In this document: piece by piece, positions 41,125 through 50,977 of the stretch | How positions within the stretch are numbered: position 1 is the first letter of the stretch | How the letters are laid out: the number at the start of each line of letters is the position of its first letter | NCBI GenBank assembly: GCA_963555815.3 | Contig: CAUVWX020000001.1 | Coordinates: forward strand, 1,184,001-1,248,000 | Reading direction: 5' to 3' | Length of the DNA stretch: 64,000 nucleotides | From: a bacterium | Lineage (GTDB): Bacteria; UBA8248; JACPRG01; G963555815 | The notes under the pieces: generated by a model | What the model was told of the DNA's origin: nothing | Databases searched by the model: none | The model's input: the letters and a program-made list of their open reading frames with translations, nothing else | Position numbers and translations under genes: made by a program

Positions 41125-41819
41125 GCCCTCTCGCTATGGGCTTCGTAGAGGGACGCAAAGTTTTCTTCAGACCCCAGTTCAGCTCTTGAGGCCCGATAGG
41201 CCAGCCGCCCCCGGATGAGGATGCCCGCCTCGTCGCAAAGGGCGAGACCCCGATGGACGTCGTGCGTGGTGAGGATGAGGGTCCGATCCCCGTCGCGAAG
41301 CCCCTCCAGGATAGCCATCAGGTCCCGTGCCCCCTGGCTGTCCAGACCGGAGAAGGGCTCGTCCAGGAGCAAGAGCTCCGGCTCGTGCAGGAGGACCCGA
41401 GCCACAGCGGCCCGCTGGAGCATCCCATAGGAGAACCTCTGGATGGGTTCATCCGCCCGGTCGTCCAGGCCCACCGCGGCCAGCACCTCCCGAGCCCGCT
41501 TTCGGGCAGAGGTCAAGCCGTAGAGCCTGGCGTAGAATTTTAGATTTTCATACGCGGTCAGATGTCTGTAAAGGAGGGGTTGGTGGGAGAGAAATCCAAT
41601 CCGCTGTCTTAGGTCCCCGGCCTCCTCCCGCTTGCCCCCGAAGATGATCTCCCCTGAGGTCGGTTTGACGAGGAAGGCCAGGAGCTTGAGGAGGGTTGTC
41701 TTGCCCGCGCCGTTTGGCCCAAAGATGGCAAGGCAACTGCCCCTTGCCACCGAAAGGTGGAGGTCAGAGATGGCGATATGAGGACCGAAACGTTTGGTCA
41801 GGGCGCGGGTGGCCAGCAT
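41121..41819 (-). CDS. ccmA: ABC ATPase CcmA
   Basis: GPNGAGKTT, FSYGM, LLLDEPFSGLD; adjacent to ccmB. Confidence 0.9.
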   Translation of the reverse strand: MLATRALTKRFGPHIAISDLHLSVARGSCLAIFGPNGAGKTTLLKLLAFLVKPTSGEIIFGGKREEAGDLRQRIGFLSHQPLLYRHLTAYENLKFYARLYGLTSARKRAREVLAAVGLDDRADEPIQRFSYGMLQRAAVARVLLHEPELLLLDEPFSGLDSQGARDLMAILEGLRDGDRTLILTTHDVHRGLALCDEAGILIRGRLAYRASRAELGSEENFASLYEAHSERA

Positions 41820-41874
41820 CGCCCCCTCCGGCGGGGGCGGACACCCTGGCTGGGCTCATGGCCCTCCCCCCGTT

Positions 41875-43185
41875 TCATGGGCCCTTCAGTTTTTTGGTAA
41901 GTTCGAGAGCGCGGCGAGAAAGCTCCCGGCGCCGTCGGGCGTATTCTTCCGCGGAGACACGGCCCGCTTCGTGGGCGTTATCCAGGGTCGCAATCTCAAC
42001 CAAGACCTTTTCGCGCTTCTCTAAGGCGCTCTCCTGCTTGGCCTTCTCTTGGACTTTTGGCGCCTCGCGAGGTGGCGCTGGCCGGCGTTCTGCCTTTGCG
42101 CTCTCCTGGGCTTTTTTCACTTCGGGGCGCTGCACGGGTGGCCGACCCGCCGTCTTGACCGCGCGCCTCTTGCGATTCCTTCGTACCAAATACGGAATGG
42201 AAAGACCCCCCACCAGGACGGCCAGGAGGATGAAGAAGATGGGCTGAAAGGACGTGCTCTCGACGTCGCGGCTGACGATGAACCCCACCTGTCGGCCCGG
42301 TTGGAGGTTCGCCGCCGACAAAAAATGGTAACGTTGCCCCTGGATCTCCAGGGGGACCCCCCGGGTCGCGAGGTCTTCGCTCGCAAGACGCATTCCCGCC
42401 CACAAGATGTCAGGTGTCATCACGGCCAGGCGGGTCGTGGGCAGGCTGATTCGCTTCTCGATGGCGAACTGAGGCGGAGGGTCTGGGATCATATAGCGGA
42501 ATGAGATCTCCCGCACGCCCGGCGGGATGGGCTCTGACACTACGAGGCCGTCTGGGCCCCTTCGCAGGGCGTCCGGAAACAGCCCCTCGGGCGACGAGAA
42601 GAGTTCCGCCTCAGGTGGGAGGGACAGGTGCAGGGTCGTTTGGTCCTGGCCCACATAGGTGGTCTTCCCCCGGTTCACCAGGCGAAGCACCTCGTGGAAG
42701 ATGAGACGGGGCGCGTCCTCCTCCTGGTATTCGCCTGTTCCCCTCCCCAATATTCTCTCTTGATCCACGCCTTCGAGCGTCACTAAGATTTCGTGGTTCT
42801 CGATGACGACGTCGCCCATCTCCGGCGTCGCCTCGTAGATGGTGATGCGTTGGCCCTCTGTCTCCAGCTCCACCCGGCCCATGTAGGGGACCCCCTGATA
42901 GTTTGTTACGGCGACCATGTGGGCCAATTCATTGGAAGGGGTCAGGGAAAAGCTGAACCGCCCTCCTTCGGCGGTCTCTGTCTGGCCGAGGGCCTGGAAC
43001 TGCGAAGATTCCCCCCCCAGAGTAAAGAGAGTCACCTCAAGCCCCACCGGCCCGGGCTGATCCAGGGTCCCGTTAAAAAACTCCCCTTCCACGCGCACGG
43101 TCTCCTCTCCTCCCTCCTGGGCCAATGCCCCTGAGGAGATGAGGAGGAGTGAGAGAAAGAGGAGATACGGCGCCCTCAAGGTCAA
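41875..43185 (-). CDS. Ccm-associated membrane protein: signal peptide, beta-rich domain, TM, CcmI/SHOCT-like tail
   Basis: N-terminal signal, late TM helix, LDNAHEAGRVSAEEYARRRREL tail. Confidence 0.7.
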   Translation of the reverse strand: MTLRAPYLLFLSLLLISSGALAQEGGEETVRVEGEFFNGTLDQPGPVGLEVTLFTLGGESSQFQALGQTETAEGGRFSFSLTPSNELAHMVAVTNYQGVPYMGRVELETEGQRITIYEATPEMGDVVIENHEILVTLEGVDQERILGRGTGEYQEEDAPRLIFHEVLRLVNRGKTTYVGQDQTTLHLSLPPEAELFSSPEGLFPDALRRGPDGLVVSEPIPPGVREISFRYMIPDPPPQFAIEKRISLPTTRLAVMTPDILWAGMRLASEDLATRGVPLEIQGQRYHFLSAANLQPGRQVGFIVSRDVESTSFQPIFFILLAVLVGGLSIPYLVRRNRKRRAVKTAGRPPVQRPEVKKAQESAKAERRPAPPREAPKVQEKAKQESALEKREKVLVEIATLDNAHEAGRVSAEEYARRRRELSRRALELTKKLKGP

Positions 43186-43197
43186 AACGGACGACTC

Positions 43198-43674
43198 CTA
43201 TTTCGAAGGGGGTGTCAGATCGGCTCCGCAGTGCGGGCAGAAATTGTCGGCGGTGCGGATTGGGCACCCGCAACCGGGGCACGAAGGCTCCGGGTCGGCT
43301 TCCGGTTGAGATGGAGGGGGGGGAGCCTCAAGCTTGGTGCGAAGGGCGAGGATCTCGCGCTCTATGGCGATGGCCAGCTCCTCATCATCCTCCGGGGCCT
43401 CCTCTTTTAGCGCATCGATGGCCTTCAGGACTTCGATGGCTCGGGCCCGGTAGCGGGCTTCCAGCTGGCGAAAATCCTCCTCGGAGAGCTTTCCCGAAAC
43501 TCGGTCAAAATCCAGCTCCTTCAAGGTGGAGTAAAGGGTTTCTTTTGTGGCGACGAGCTCTTGAAGCTGAAGCCGGAACTCCCAGGATTCATCCTTCTCG
43601 TAATGGCGTCTGAGGGGATAAAGGACTGCCGCAAGGCCCCCAAGGCCCATCAAAGCAATAAGGAGGACTGTCAC
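43198..43674 (-). CDS. CcmI N-terminal-like protein with a C-terminal zinc ribbon
   Basis: N-terminal TM, LKELDFDR..GKLSEEDF, CPGCG..FCPHCG. Confidence 0.75.
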   Translation of the reverse strand: MTVLLIALMGLGGLAAVLYPLRRHYEKDESWEFRLQLQELVATKETLYSTLKELDFDRVSGKLSEEDFRQLEARYRARAIEVLKAIDALKEEAPEDDEELAIAIEREILALRTKLEAPPPPSQPEADPEPSCPGCGCPIRTADNFCPHCGADLTPPSK

Positions 43675-45650
43675 CGCACAACCTTCTCGGGGACTCGGGG
43701 GGCAGGGGATCGGCGGCGTTGCGGTTCAGGCAGGACGATGATGATGGTCCCCAAGACGAAGATGAGCCCGCCGATCCAGATCCAGGAGACGAGGGGGTTC
43801 AGGAAGAAGCGGAAGGTGGCCGAGCCGTCCTCGTTCACAGAGCCTAGGAGGATGTAGACATCCTCCTTCAGCGTGGAGCGAATGGCCACCTCTGTCGTGG
43901 GCGTCTCGGGATTTCGGTAAAGGCGCCGCGCCGGGAGCATGTGCTCGATCTCCATCCCGTTGCGTCTGAGGCTCACGTTGGTGAAGACCGTCTGAAAACG
44001 GGCCTCCGAGCGTTCGCCCGCGTCCTGATACTGGAGCCAGTAATCCCCCAGGGAGGCCATTTCCCCGGGCCGCAGCGTCACCTCCTTCTGGACCTGAAAG
44101 GCCGAGGAGGCCGCAATCCCAGCAAAGATGGCCACTATCCCCAGGTGGACGATGTAGCCCCCGTAACGCCGTTTGTTCTTTCGCGTCAGGTTGACCAAGG
44201 CTTGAGCGGCCCCCTCCTCCGAGGTCCGCTGCCGCGCCCGCGTCCCGCGGTAAAACTCACCCACGATGGTGGTCAGCACAAAGGCGCCGAGCGAGAGGGC
44301 CAATAGGGCGTAAAAATGCCTCACTCCCAGAGCGAAGAGGACCATGCCCGCGATAAACCCGATAAGGATCGGTTTCATAAAATGCTTCTTTAGGTGTTTG
44401 GCCGACGCCTTCCTCCAAGCGATGACGGGGCCCACGCCGAGGAGGAGAAGGAGAGAAATGCCGATAGGGACATTCACCCGGTTGAAGAACGGTGGGCCCA
44501 CAGTCACCCGGGTGCCCGTGATGGCCTCAGAGATGAGGGGGAAGACCGTCCCCCACCATATCGAGAAGGCCGCCCCCACCAGGATCAAGTTGTTGACGAG
44601 AAAAGTGCTCTCCCGCGAGAGAAAGGAGTCCAGGGTGTTGGCGCTCTGGAGCTTGTCAAGACGCCAGAAAAGGAGGCCGAGTGAGACCCCGATCACGACG
44701 CCCAGATAGACCAGGAAGAAAAAGCCCAGATTGGACTGGGCGAAGGCGTGGACGCTGGAGATGACCCCGCTTCGGACGATGAAGGTTCCGAAGATGCTCA
44801 GGGTGAAGGTCATCATGATGAGGACCAGGTTCCACACCTTCAGCATCCCCTTCTTCTCTTGAAGCATGACCGAGTGGAGAAAGGCTGTCCCCGTGATCCA
44901 GGGCAGGATGGAGACGTTCTCCACCGGGTCCCAGCCCCAGTAACCCCCCCAGCCAAGCTCTCGGTAGGCCCACCAGGCTCCCAGGAGGTTTCCGACCCCC
45001 AGAAAGCACCAGGCGGCCAGAGACCAGCGCCGGGTTGTCCGGATCCACTCGTCTCCGAGCCGCCCCGTGACGAGAGCTGCGATGGCGAAGGCGAAGGGGA
45101 TGGTCCAGGCGATGTAGCCCAGGTAAAGCATGGGGGGGTGGATGACCATCGCGGGGTCCTGGAGGAGGGGGTTCAGGCCCCGGCCGTCAGGAGGAGCAGG
45201 GCTCAAGATCCAGAAGGGGTTATCAGAGAAGATGAGAAGGATATAGAAGAAGAGGGCTGTCCCCATGATGACGGTTGTCACGAAAGGCATTAAGGGCCGG
45301 TTCTTCTCCCGGTTCTGGTAATGGACAACGGCAGAGAAGATGGTGAGGAGCCAGACCCAGAAGAGGAGGGAGTTTGCTTGCCCTCCCCAAAGGGCCGCTC
45401 CCTTGTAAGCAAATGGCAGGGAACGGTTGCTCGTGGTGGCGACGCCCGCGAAGGAAAAGTTGTCGGTCAGGAGAATATATTCGAGGGCCAGGACGGCGAT
45501 TGTCGTGAGGACGGTGACGACGTAGGCGGCGCTTCGGCTGCTGGCGATGAGCTCAGGGCTGCGAAGCTTGCCGCCCCAAAAGGAAGCGACCCCTGCGTAG
45601 AGGGAGAAAAAGCCCGCCAGCAGTATCCCGTAGTAACCAATGTCTCCCAT
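43671..45650 (-). CDS. ccmF: Heme lyase CcmF
   Basis: GLNPLLQ, HPPMLYLG, WAYRELGWGGYWGWDPVEN, RSG..SVHAF. Confidence 0.97.
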   Translation of the reverse strand: MGDIGYYGILLAGFFSLYAGVASFWGGKLRSPELIASSRSAAYVVTVLTTIAVLALEYILLTDNFSFAGVATTSNRSLPFAYKGAALWGGQANSLLFWVWLLTIFSAVVHYQNREKNRPLMPFVTTVIMGTALFFYILLIFSDNPFWILSPAPPDGRGLNPLLQDPAMVIHPPMLYLGYIAWTIPFAFAIAALVTGRLGDEWIRTTRRWSLAAWCFLGVGNLLGAWWAYRELGWGGYWGWDPVENVSILPWITGTAFLHSVMLQEKKGMLKVWNLVLIMMTFTLSIFGTFIVRSGVISSVHAFAQSNLGFFFLVYLGVVIGVSLGLLFWRLDKLQSANTLDSFLSRESTFLVNNLILVGAAFSIWWGTVFPLISEAITGTRVTVGPPFFNRVNVPIGISLLLLLGVGPVIAWRKASAKHLKKHFMKPILIGFIAGMVLFALGVRHFYALLALSLGAFVLTTIVGEFYRGTRARQRTSEEGAAQALVNLTRKNKRRYGGYIVHLGIVAIFAGIAASSAFQVQKEVTLRPGEMASLGDYWLQYQDAGERSEARFQTVFTNVSLRRNGMEIEHMLPARRLYRNPETPTTEVAIRSTLKEDVYILLGSVNEDGSATFRFFLNPLVSWIWIGGLIFVLGTIIIVLPEPQRRRSPAPRVPEKVVR

Positions 45651-45687
45651 CTAACGATGGTCCTACGCCAAGAGAGGCGGGTTGAAT

Positions 45688-46104
45688 CTAATTGTGCGAT
45701 TCAATACGGGCCGACAGCTCGGCCTCATACTTGGAGGGGCAGGCTGTCATCACGTTACTGGCGACGAGGACACCATCTTCGCCATACTCGCCTTCCACAA
45801 TGACCGTGGCCCCGTCCTTGAAGAGGTCGGGGACGATGCCCTGAAAGTGGACCGGGAGGACCTGAATTCCGTCTATCATCTTGAAGTCATGGACCCGGTG
45901 GTCCAAGCTCTGCTGGATGGAACCTTCCAGGACCTTTCCTGCGACCCGGAGGCCCTTACCGTGAAGCTCTGTGGCCAGTGCCTGGATCTCGTCGATCTTG
46001 TGGAAGTACTTTACCCCCTCCATGATACCGGAGACGGACAGGTACGTAATGGCTCCGAAGATGATGACTCCCCCGAGGACGAACTGGAGCTTTTTCCGCC
46101 TCAT
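45688..46104 (-). CDS. ccmE: Heme chaperone CcmE, CxxxY variant
   Basis: N-terminal TM, LRVAG.V, G.VPDLFK.G..VIVEG, CPSKY. Confidence 0.92.
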   Translation of the reverse strand: MRRKKLQFVLGGVIIFGAITYLSVSGIMEGVKYFHKIDEIQALATELHGKGLRVAGKVLEGSIQQSLDHRVHDFKMIDGIQVLPVHFQGIVPDLFKDGATVIVEGEYGEDGVLVASNVMTACPSKYEAELSARIESHN

Positions 46105-46159
46105 CTAACTTTCCCCCCGTTCTTCCAATTTCCGGTGAAAATTCACGCTGTACCTCAGT

Positions 46160-49100
46160 CTATCGCGTCTCTGTTGGGGGATCAAGGGAGTAGTGCCCCG
46201 CTCTGGTTTGCGTGTCATCCAGCCCTTCAGCCTTCTGGGTGCCTTCAAGCCCATCCTCCTCGTCGAGCGTGAACTGGCCTACCAGGGCCTTTAGGGCCGC
46301 CTCTACGACCCGGTCGTGGTCCTCAGGCGTGAGGGCGCTTCCGACCTTCTTTCGGACCTCCTCCCAGAAAGGTGTGTTGTAGTGCTTGTGGCAGGCGACG
46401 CACGTCCCCTCCCTTTCCACTAGATTACGCTGGCGCTCGTTCAACGGGCGGTCTTCGAGGTGGGGCATGTTCTGGGTCTGGAAGCCGTCGCGCGTCACGA
46501 GCTGGTCCAGGGCGAAGGGGAACTCCGGAATCCCGGGGACCTGCTGCCTTTCAGTCTTGGCGCCAGGAAGCCCGGGGTTGTACCCCTTGGACATATCGCC
46601 GAAGAAAGGCTCTCCACCGTTCAGCAGGCCCTGACTTCGCGAGTTGCCTGTCCCGTAGCCGATGGTCTTGGGATTCGTGTGGCAGCTCTCGCAGGTGCGT
46701 GCGGGGATGGAATTGGTGTGGGGCTGGAGGGGGGCCATGGTGATGGAATTGAATCCGTCACTCGTCTGATAGTGCCTGTTGATGGTGACGACAGTCCCGT
46801 CCTGATCCACGTAGGTGAAGAAGACCTGGCAGCCCGGGATGATGGGTGAGACCCTGCCCTTGGTGTTCACGCCCAAGATGGGGTCTTCCCACCGTGTGAA
46901 GCTCCGGTTCTCTACCGTGACCTTGCCCCGTGTCTTTACGATCTGCTGTTTTCCCGTATCCGGATCGTGATTAAGGCTTGAGAGAACCCAGTCCGTCGAG
47001 AATTCCCGCCGATCGTATTTGGTGTGGCAGCCGAAGCACTGAGGTGCCCATACGGCGTGGCAAGCGAAGCACTCCAGCTTGTCTATATGCTGGGAGACCA
47101 CGGCCATGGCCACCTTCCCCTGCTCCGTCTTCCAGTTGTCGTGGAGGTTTTTTTCTTTGAGAAGGGGGATCTCGTGCTCCTTCCCGCTGACCTTGCCGGT
47201 CAGGATTGCCTTGTCGCCTTTCCTGACCGCATTCCCCCGGACATTCCCCCGGGACGTGAGGAGGTATTGCACTTCATCCTTATCGAAAGTCCCTCTGGAT
47301 CCGGGGAGCTCCACCTTCCCTCCGTAGCCGACCGGGAGTTCCCAGGGGTATTCGGTGGGTGTGCCGTGGCAGTCGGCGCAATTCGTTTCCACCTGAAATG
47401 GGATGCTTGGATAAATGTTTCCGTCGCCGTGCATCTCTACAGAGGTGTGGCAGTCTATGCACGCAAGCCCCCGCTCATGGTGCACGTCTTCCCTGACGGG
47501 CAGGTACTCTTTGCTGAAGAGTTGCTCTTGTGGGTTTCCATCCTCGTCATACGGGGTCGCCTTTCCGTCCGCCACGTAGTCGAACTCGGTGGCTCCGGCG
47601 TAATTGGTGCCGATGCGCGACCCCCGGGCGTGGCAGTGGGTGCACTGGGCGACAGGAATTTTAACGGTGATCTCATGCTTGAATGGGTGAACGGCCTTTT
47701 CCTTGGGGATCGTCGGATCGCCCCCCTCGTAAAAACCTTCATTTGTGTAGGGGACATGGCACGCCGCGCAGCCGCCCGCCCTTCGGTCGCCCCGCCCCCG
47801 TCTGCCTTCGACCCAGATGTGGCACCGGGAGCACTCCTTCCGATAGTAGTCGGAGAAGGCGGCCTTAACCGGGTCCTTCCAGAGCTCCAGTGCCTCGTCG
47901 AAGGCGGGTATCTGCTTGGCCTCGTCCACCCGCTTGATGGCATCGGCTTCGAGGGCCTTGGCGATCCACTCCTTGTAGACGTCGGTCCCCACCGAAGGGA
48001 CACCACCATCGGTGTCCTTCAGGGCGAAGGCGGAGTAGATGTAGTCCCCCTTGGGCACTATGCCGTTCGAGGTTAGTGTGTGGGTGGCCTTCCCGAATTC
48101 CGTCGCCATGAGGCCCCGCTGCATTCGGTAGACGTGGTTGCTCCCGGTGAGGCCGCTCGGGTCACTTGCGAAGGAGACAACGTCCATGAGCCCGCCGCCC
48201 ACGGCGTGGGGAAAGTCTGTGCCGTGGACGCTCTTGAGGGTGTCACGGCCGGTGTGGCACTTGGCGCAGCCTTGGCCGAAGCTGATGACCCACATGCTCG
48301 AGGGATTCGGGAATATCCCGAGGTGAGCCTCTTGCTTGGTGGTGCCGTCGGGATTGCCCCCGTGGCACACCGCACAGCTTCGCCCTTCGACCCCGCCTCC
48401 GAAGGCCACCAGATGCGGCATCATCTCGTCGTTGATGTCCTCGATCCCCTGGTGGCAGGAGAGGCATCCTTTTTCCCGGGCGACTTCCGGCGGGACAGAG
48501 GCGAATTGCTCAGAAATTTCAGGGTCCCAGTTCTCCTCGGGCGGGTCCTGTCTTGCCCCCTCTAGGGAGAATGACCCCCTGAGAGCGACAAAGAGGTTTC
48601 TCCACTCTCGGCGCTTGCGGGCCTCGCCCTTTTCGGCGAGGTCGGCCACGTATCGGGCCAGGTCCCAGGCCTCTTCGGGGGACTCAAAGATATCTGCGAA
48701 AGAGGGCATGGGCGTGCCATCGATCCCCAACGCGAGGATCCGGACGATGTCGCGAGGTCGGCCTCCCCCTTTGAAGAAGGTCTTCCCCCGGGTGATGTCC
48801 AGAGGATAGGTCTTGTTTCCCCATGCGTCTGTCAGTGTGTCCGCTGAGGGGCCATCCCCGCGCCCTTGTTCGCCGTGGCACTGGAAGCACTCAATCTTCT
48901 CGTAGACGAGCTTTCCCCGGGCAATGGAGTCTGAGATTTGGCCCAGGTCCTCCGGGTCTACGGAGTCCTCAGAAAAAGGAATGGGGTCTTCCCGGTAAGC
49001 CTCGTTGAATTGGGCCAATTGCTTGACGTAATAGACCAGCGCCCAACGCTCTTGGACGGAGAAGTGGCGGAAGGAGGGCATGCCGTACTGCGAGAAACCC

Positions 49101-49531
49101 GTCGTGATGGTGCGGAACAGATCGTGGTCGCTGGGAGGGCTTCCTTCGGGGGTGGTGCGGAACTTAAAGATGCCCCGGGTGTAGTCTCGGGGCTTCGTGA
49201 TCATGAACTGGGCGCTCTTACCGGTGCCGTCACCCTTGATCCCGTGGCATTGAGCGCAGACCCTCTCAAAGATCTCTCGGCCCGTCTGAAGCAGGGCAGG
49301 GGTTTCCTCTATCTGCTCCTCAATTGCCTCTTCCCAGGGGACAGGGGGCGGGGCTGGAAAAAGAAGCCGGTCGATCTCATTGTTGTGCGCCTCAGAGAGC
49401 TGTACTATCCCATTTTCGGTTCGCTCTTGCCCGTTTGCATGGTCCGGGCGAGGGGAGAACAGATAGAGGAAGGAGAGCGAGACAAGGACCGCTGAAGCGA
49501 CAGTGACTACGCCCCGATGTGCCTCTCTCAT
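46160..49531 (-). CDS. Large multiheme c-type cytochrome, 1123 aa, 14 CxxCH
   Basis: N-terminal hydrophobic anchor; CAQCH, CFQCH, CLSCH, CAVCH, CAKCH, CSRCH, CAACH, CTHCH, CIDCH, CADCH, CFACH, CFGCH, CESCH, CVACH. Confidence 0.93.
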   Translation of the reverse strand: MREAHRGVVTVASAVLVSLSFLYLFSPRPDHANGQERTENGIVQLSEAHNNEIDRLLFPAPPPVPWEEAIEEQIEETPALLQTGREIFERVCAQCHGIKGDGTGKSAQFMITKPRDYTRGIFKFRTTPEGSPPSDHDLFRTITTGFSQYGMPSFRHFSVQERWALVYYVKQLAQFNEAYREDPIPFSEDSVDPEDLGQISDSIARGKLVYEKIECFQCHGEQGRGDGPSADTLTDAWGNKTYPLDITRGKTFFKGGGRPRDIVRILALGIDGTPMPSFADIFESPEEAWDLARYVADLAEKGEARKRREWRNLFVALRGSFSLEGARQDPPEENWDPEISEQFASVPPEVAREKGCLSCHQGIEDINDEMMPHLVAFGGGVEGRSCAVCHGGNPDGTTKQEAHLGIFPNPSSMWVISFGQGCAKCHTGRDTLKSVHGTDFPHAVGGGLMDVVSFASDPSGLTGSNHVYRMQRGLMATEFGKATHTLTSNGIVPKGDYIYSAFALKDTDGGVPSVGTDVYKEWIAKALEADAIKRVDEAKQIPAFDEALELWKDPVKAAFSDYYRKECSRCHIWVEGRRGRGDRRAGGCAACHVPYTNEGFYEGGDPTIPKEKAVHPFKHEITVKIPVAQCTHCHARGSRIGTNYAGATEFDYVADGKATPYDEDGNPQEQLFSKEYLPVREDVHHERGLACIDCHTSVEMHGDGNIYPSIPFQVETNCADCHGTPTEYPWELPVGYGGKVELPGSRGTFDKDEVQYLLTSRGNVRGNAVRKGDKAILTGKVSGKEHEIPLLKEKNLHDNWKTEQGKVAMAVVSQHIDKLECFACHAVWAPQCFGCHTKYDRREFSTDWVLSSLNHDPDTGKQQIVKTRGKVTVENRSFTRWEDPILGVNTKGRVSPIIPGCQVFFTYVDQDGTVVTINRHYQTSDGFNSITMAPLQPHTNSIPARTCESCHTNPKTIGYGTGNSRSQGLLNGGEPFFGDMSKGYNPGLPGAKTERQQVPGIPEFPFALDQLVTRDGFQTQNMPHLEDRPLNERQRNLVEREGTCVACHKHYNTPFWEEVRKKVGSALTPEDHDRVVEAALKALVGQFTLDEEDGLEGTQKAEGLDDTQTRAGHYSLDPPTETR

Positions 49532-49590
49532 GGGGCCATCCCTTTAGGGTAAGTCCGATTAGGGTAGGTCCGAAAAAACAGAGTGCGACT

Positions 49591-49608
49591 TCGAGAAAAT
49601 TTTCACAA
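49591..49608. promoter_or_regulatory. Rex-like operator upstream of the cytochrome/ccm operon
   Basis: TCGAGAA-AATT-TTCACAA versus Rex consensus TTGTGAA-N4-TTCACAA. Confidence 0.5.
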
Positions 49609-49745
49609 GCGTCACCGGGGCGCACCACCCTTTTTCCCCATCAACACCTTACCCTGCTCCTTTTACCGCTAACACGCCCCTCCAGTCAAGCGCCCCACCC
49701 CCGGATTTGTCTTTTTCTGGTCTCTGTGGACCTGACATCGCTTTC

Positions 49746-50753
49746 TTAACCCTGGGGACGCTCGATCCAGCTCATCATCGCCCTCAGGCGCTTTCCCACC
49801 TCCTCTATGGGATGGCGGGCGTCGCTCTTGGTGAGGGCGTTAAAGACGGGCCTTCCGGCAAGGTTTTCTTGAATCCACTCCCGGGCGAACCGACCCGACT
49901 GGATCTCGGCCAGGATCTCCTTCATGGTCCGGCGGACATTGTCGTCGATGACGCGGCGCCCCCGGGTCACGTCCCCGTACTGGGCGGTATCGCTCACCGA
50001 GTAGCGCATCCCCCCGATGCCCCCTTCGTAGATGAGGTCCACGATGAGCTTTAGCTCGTGAAGGACCTCGAAGTAGGCGATCTCCGGCTGGTAGCCGGCC
50101 TCCACCAGGGTGTCGAAACTGGCCCGGATGAGCTCTGAGACCCCTCCGCAGAGGATGACCTGCTCTCCGAAGAGATCGGTCTCCGTCTCCTCCTGAAAGG
50201 TGGTCTCAATGATGCCGGCCCGCGTGCATCCCACCCCCTTGCCGTAGGCCAGGGCCAGCTCCTTGCACTTTCCCGTGGCGTCCTGGTGAATGGCCAGAAG
50301 GGCCGGGACCCCACGGCCTTCGACGAACTGCCGGCGCATGATGTGGCCCGGGCTCTTGGGGGCGATCATGAAGACGTCGAGTCCCGGGTCCGGCTTGATC
50401 TGCCCGAAGACGATGTTGAACCCGTGGGCGGCGACCAGGGCGTTGCCCGTCTTCATCTTGGGCCCGATGTGCTCCTCATAGAGCTGTCTCTGAACATCAT
50501 CCTGGGTCAGGAGGACGACGACGTCGGCGGCCTCGGCGGCCTCGCCAGGGGGCATGACCTTCAGGCCATCACTCTTTACCTTGGCGGCGGTTTTGCTTCC
50601 CTCTCGAAGGCCCACCAGGACGCGAACTCCGCTGTCTTTGAGATTGAGGGCGTGGGCGTGCCCCTGGCTGCCGTAGCCGATGACGGCGACGGTGCGGTTC
50701 TGAAGGGGAGACAGGTCGGCATCGCGGTCATAGAACACCTTCGCCTGTGACAT
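49746..50753 (-). CDS. ilvC: Ketol-acid reductoisomerase
   Basis: [44 protein letters not shown]. Confidence 0.97.
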   Translation of the reverse strand: MSQAKVFYDRDADLSPLQNRTVAVIGYGSQGHAHALNLKDSGVRVLVGLREGSKTAAKVKSDGLKVMPPGEAAEAADVVVLLTQDDVQRQLYEEHIGPKMKTGNALVAAHGFNIVFGQIKPDPGLDVFMIAPKSPGHIMRRQFVEGRGVPALLAIHQDATGKCKELALAYGKGVGCTRAGIIETTFQEETETDLFGEQVILCGGVSELIRASFDTLVEAGYQPEIAYFEVLHELKLIVDLIYEGGIGGMRYSVSDTAQYGDVTRGRRVIDDNVRRTMKEILAEIQSGRFAREWIQENLAGRPVFNALTKSDARHPIEEVGKRLRAMMSWIERPQG

Positions 50754-50938
50754 CGTGCAAAAACCTCCTCGGGCAAAAGGGACTCAGACGCCGTCAGAAG
50801 AGACCTCTCCTGCGACGTTTCGACGTATTCCGCGAACCTTAGAGAGATAATAAGGAGAATATGGCCTTGTAGCAGAAAGCGGGAAAGGGTGTCAAGAAGG
50901 CTGGCCGGCCCATGTCCCGTTTTATCACCGATTTAGTG

Positions 50939-50968
50939 TTGACAATGGAGTCCCCTTGTGGATAGCTT
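50939..50968 (+). promoter_or_regulatory. Putative sigma70 promoter divergent from ilvC
   Basis: TTGACA...TAGCTT; a second TTGACA on the minus strand (~50890-50895) faces ilvC. Confidence 0.45.
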
Positions 50969-50977
50969 CAAAGCCAA

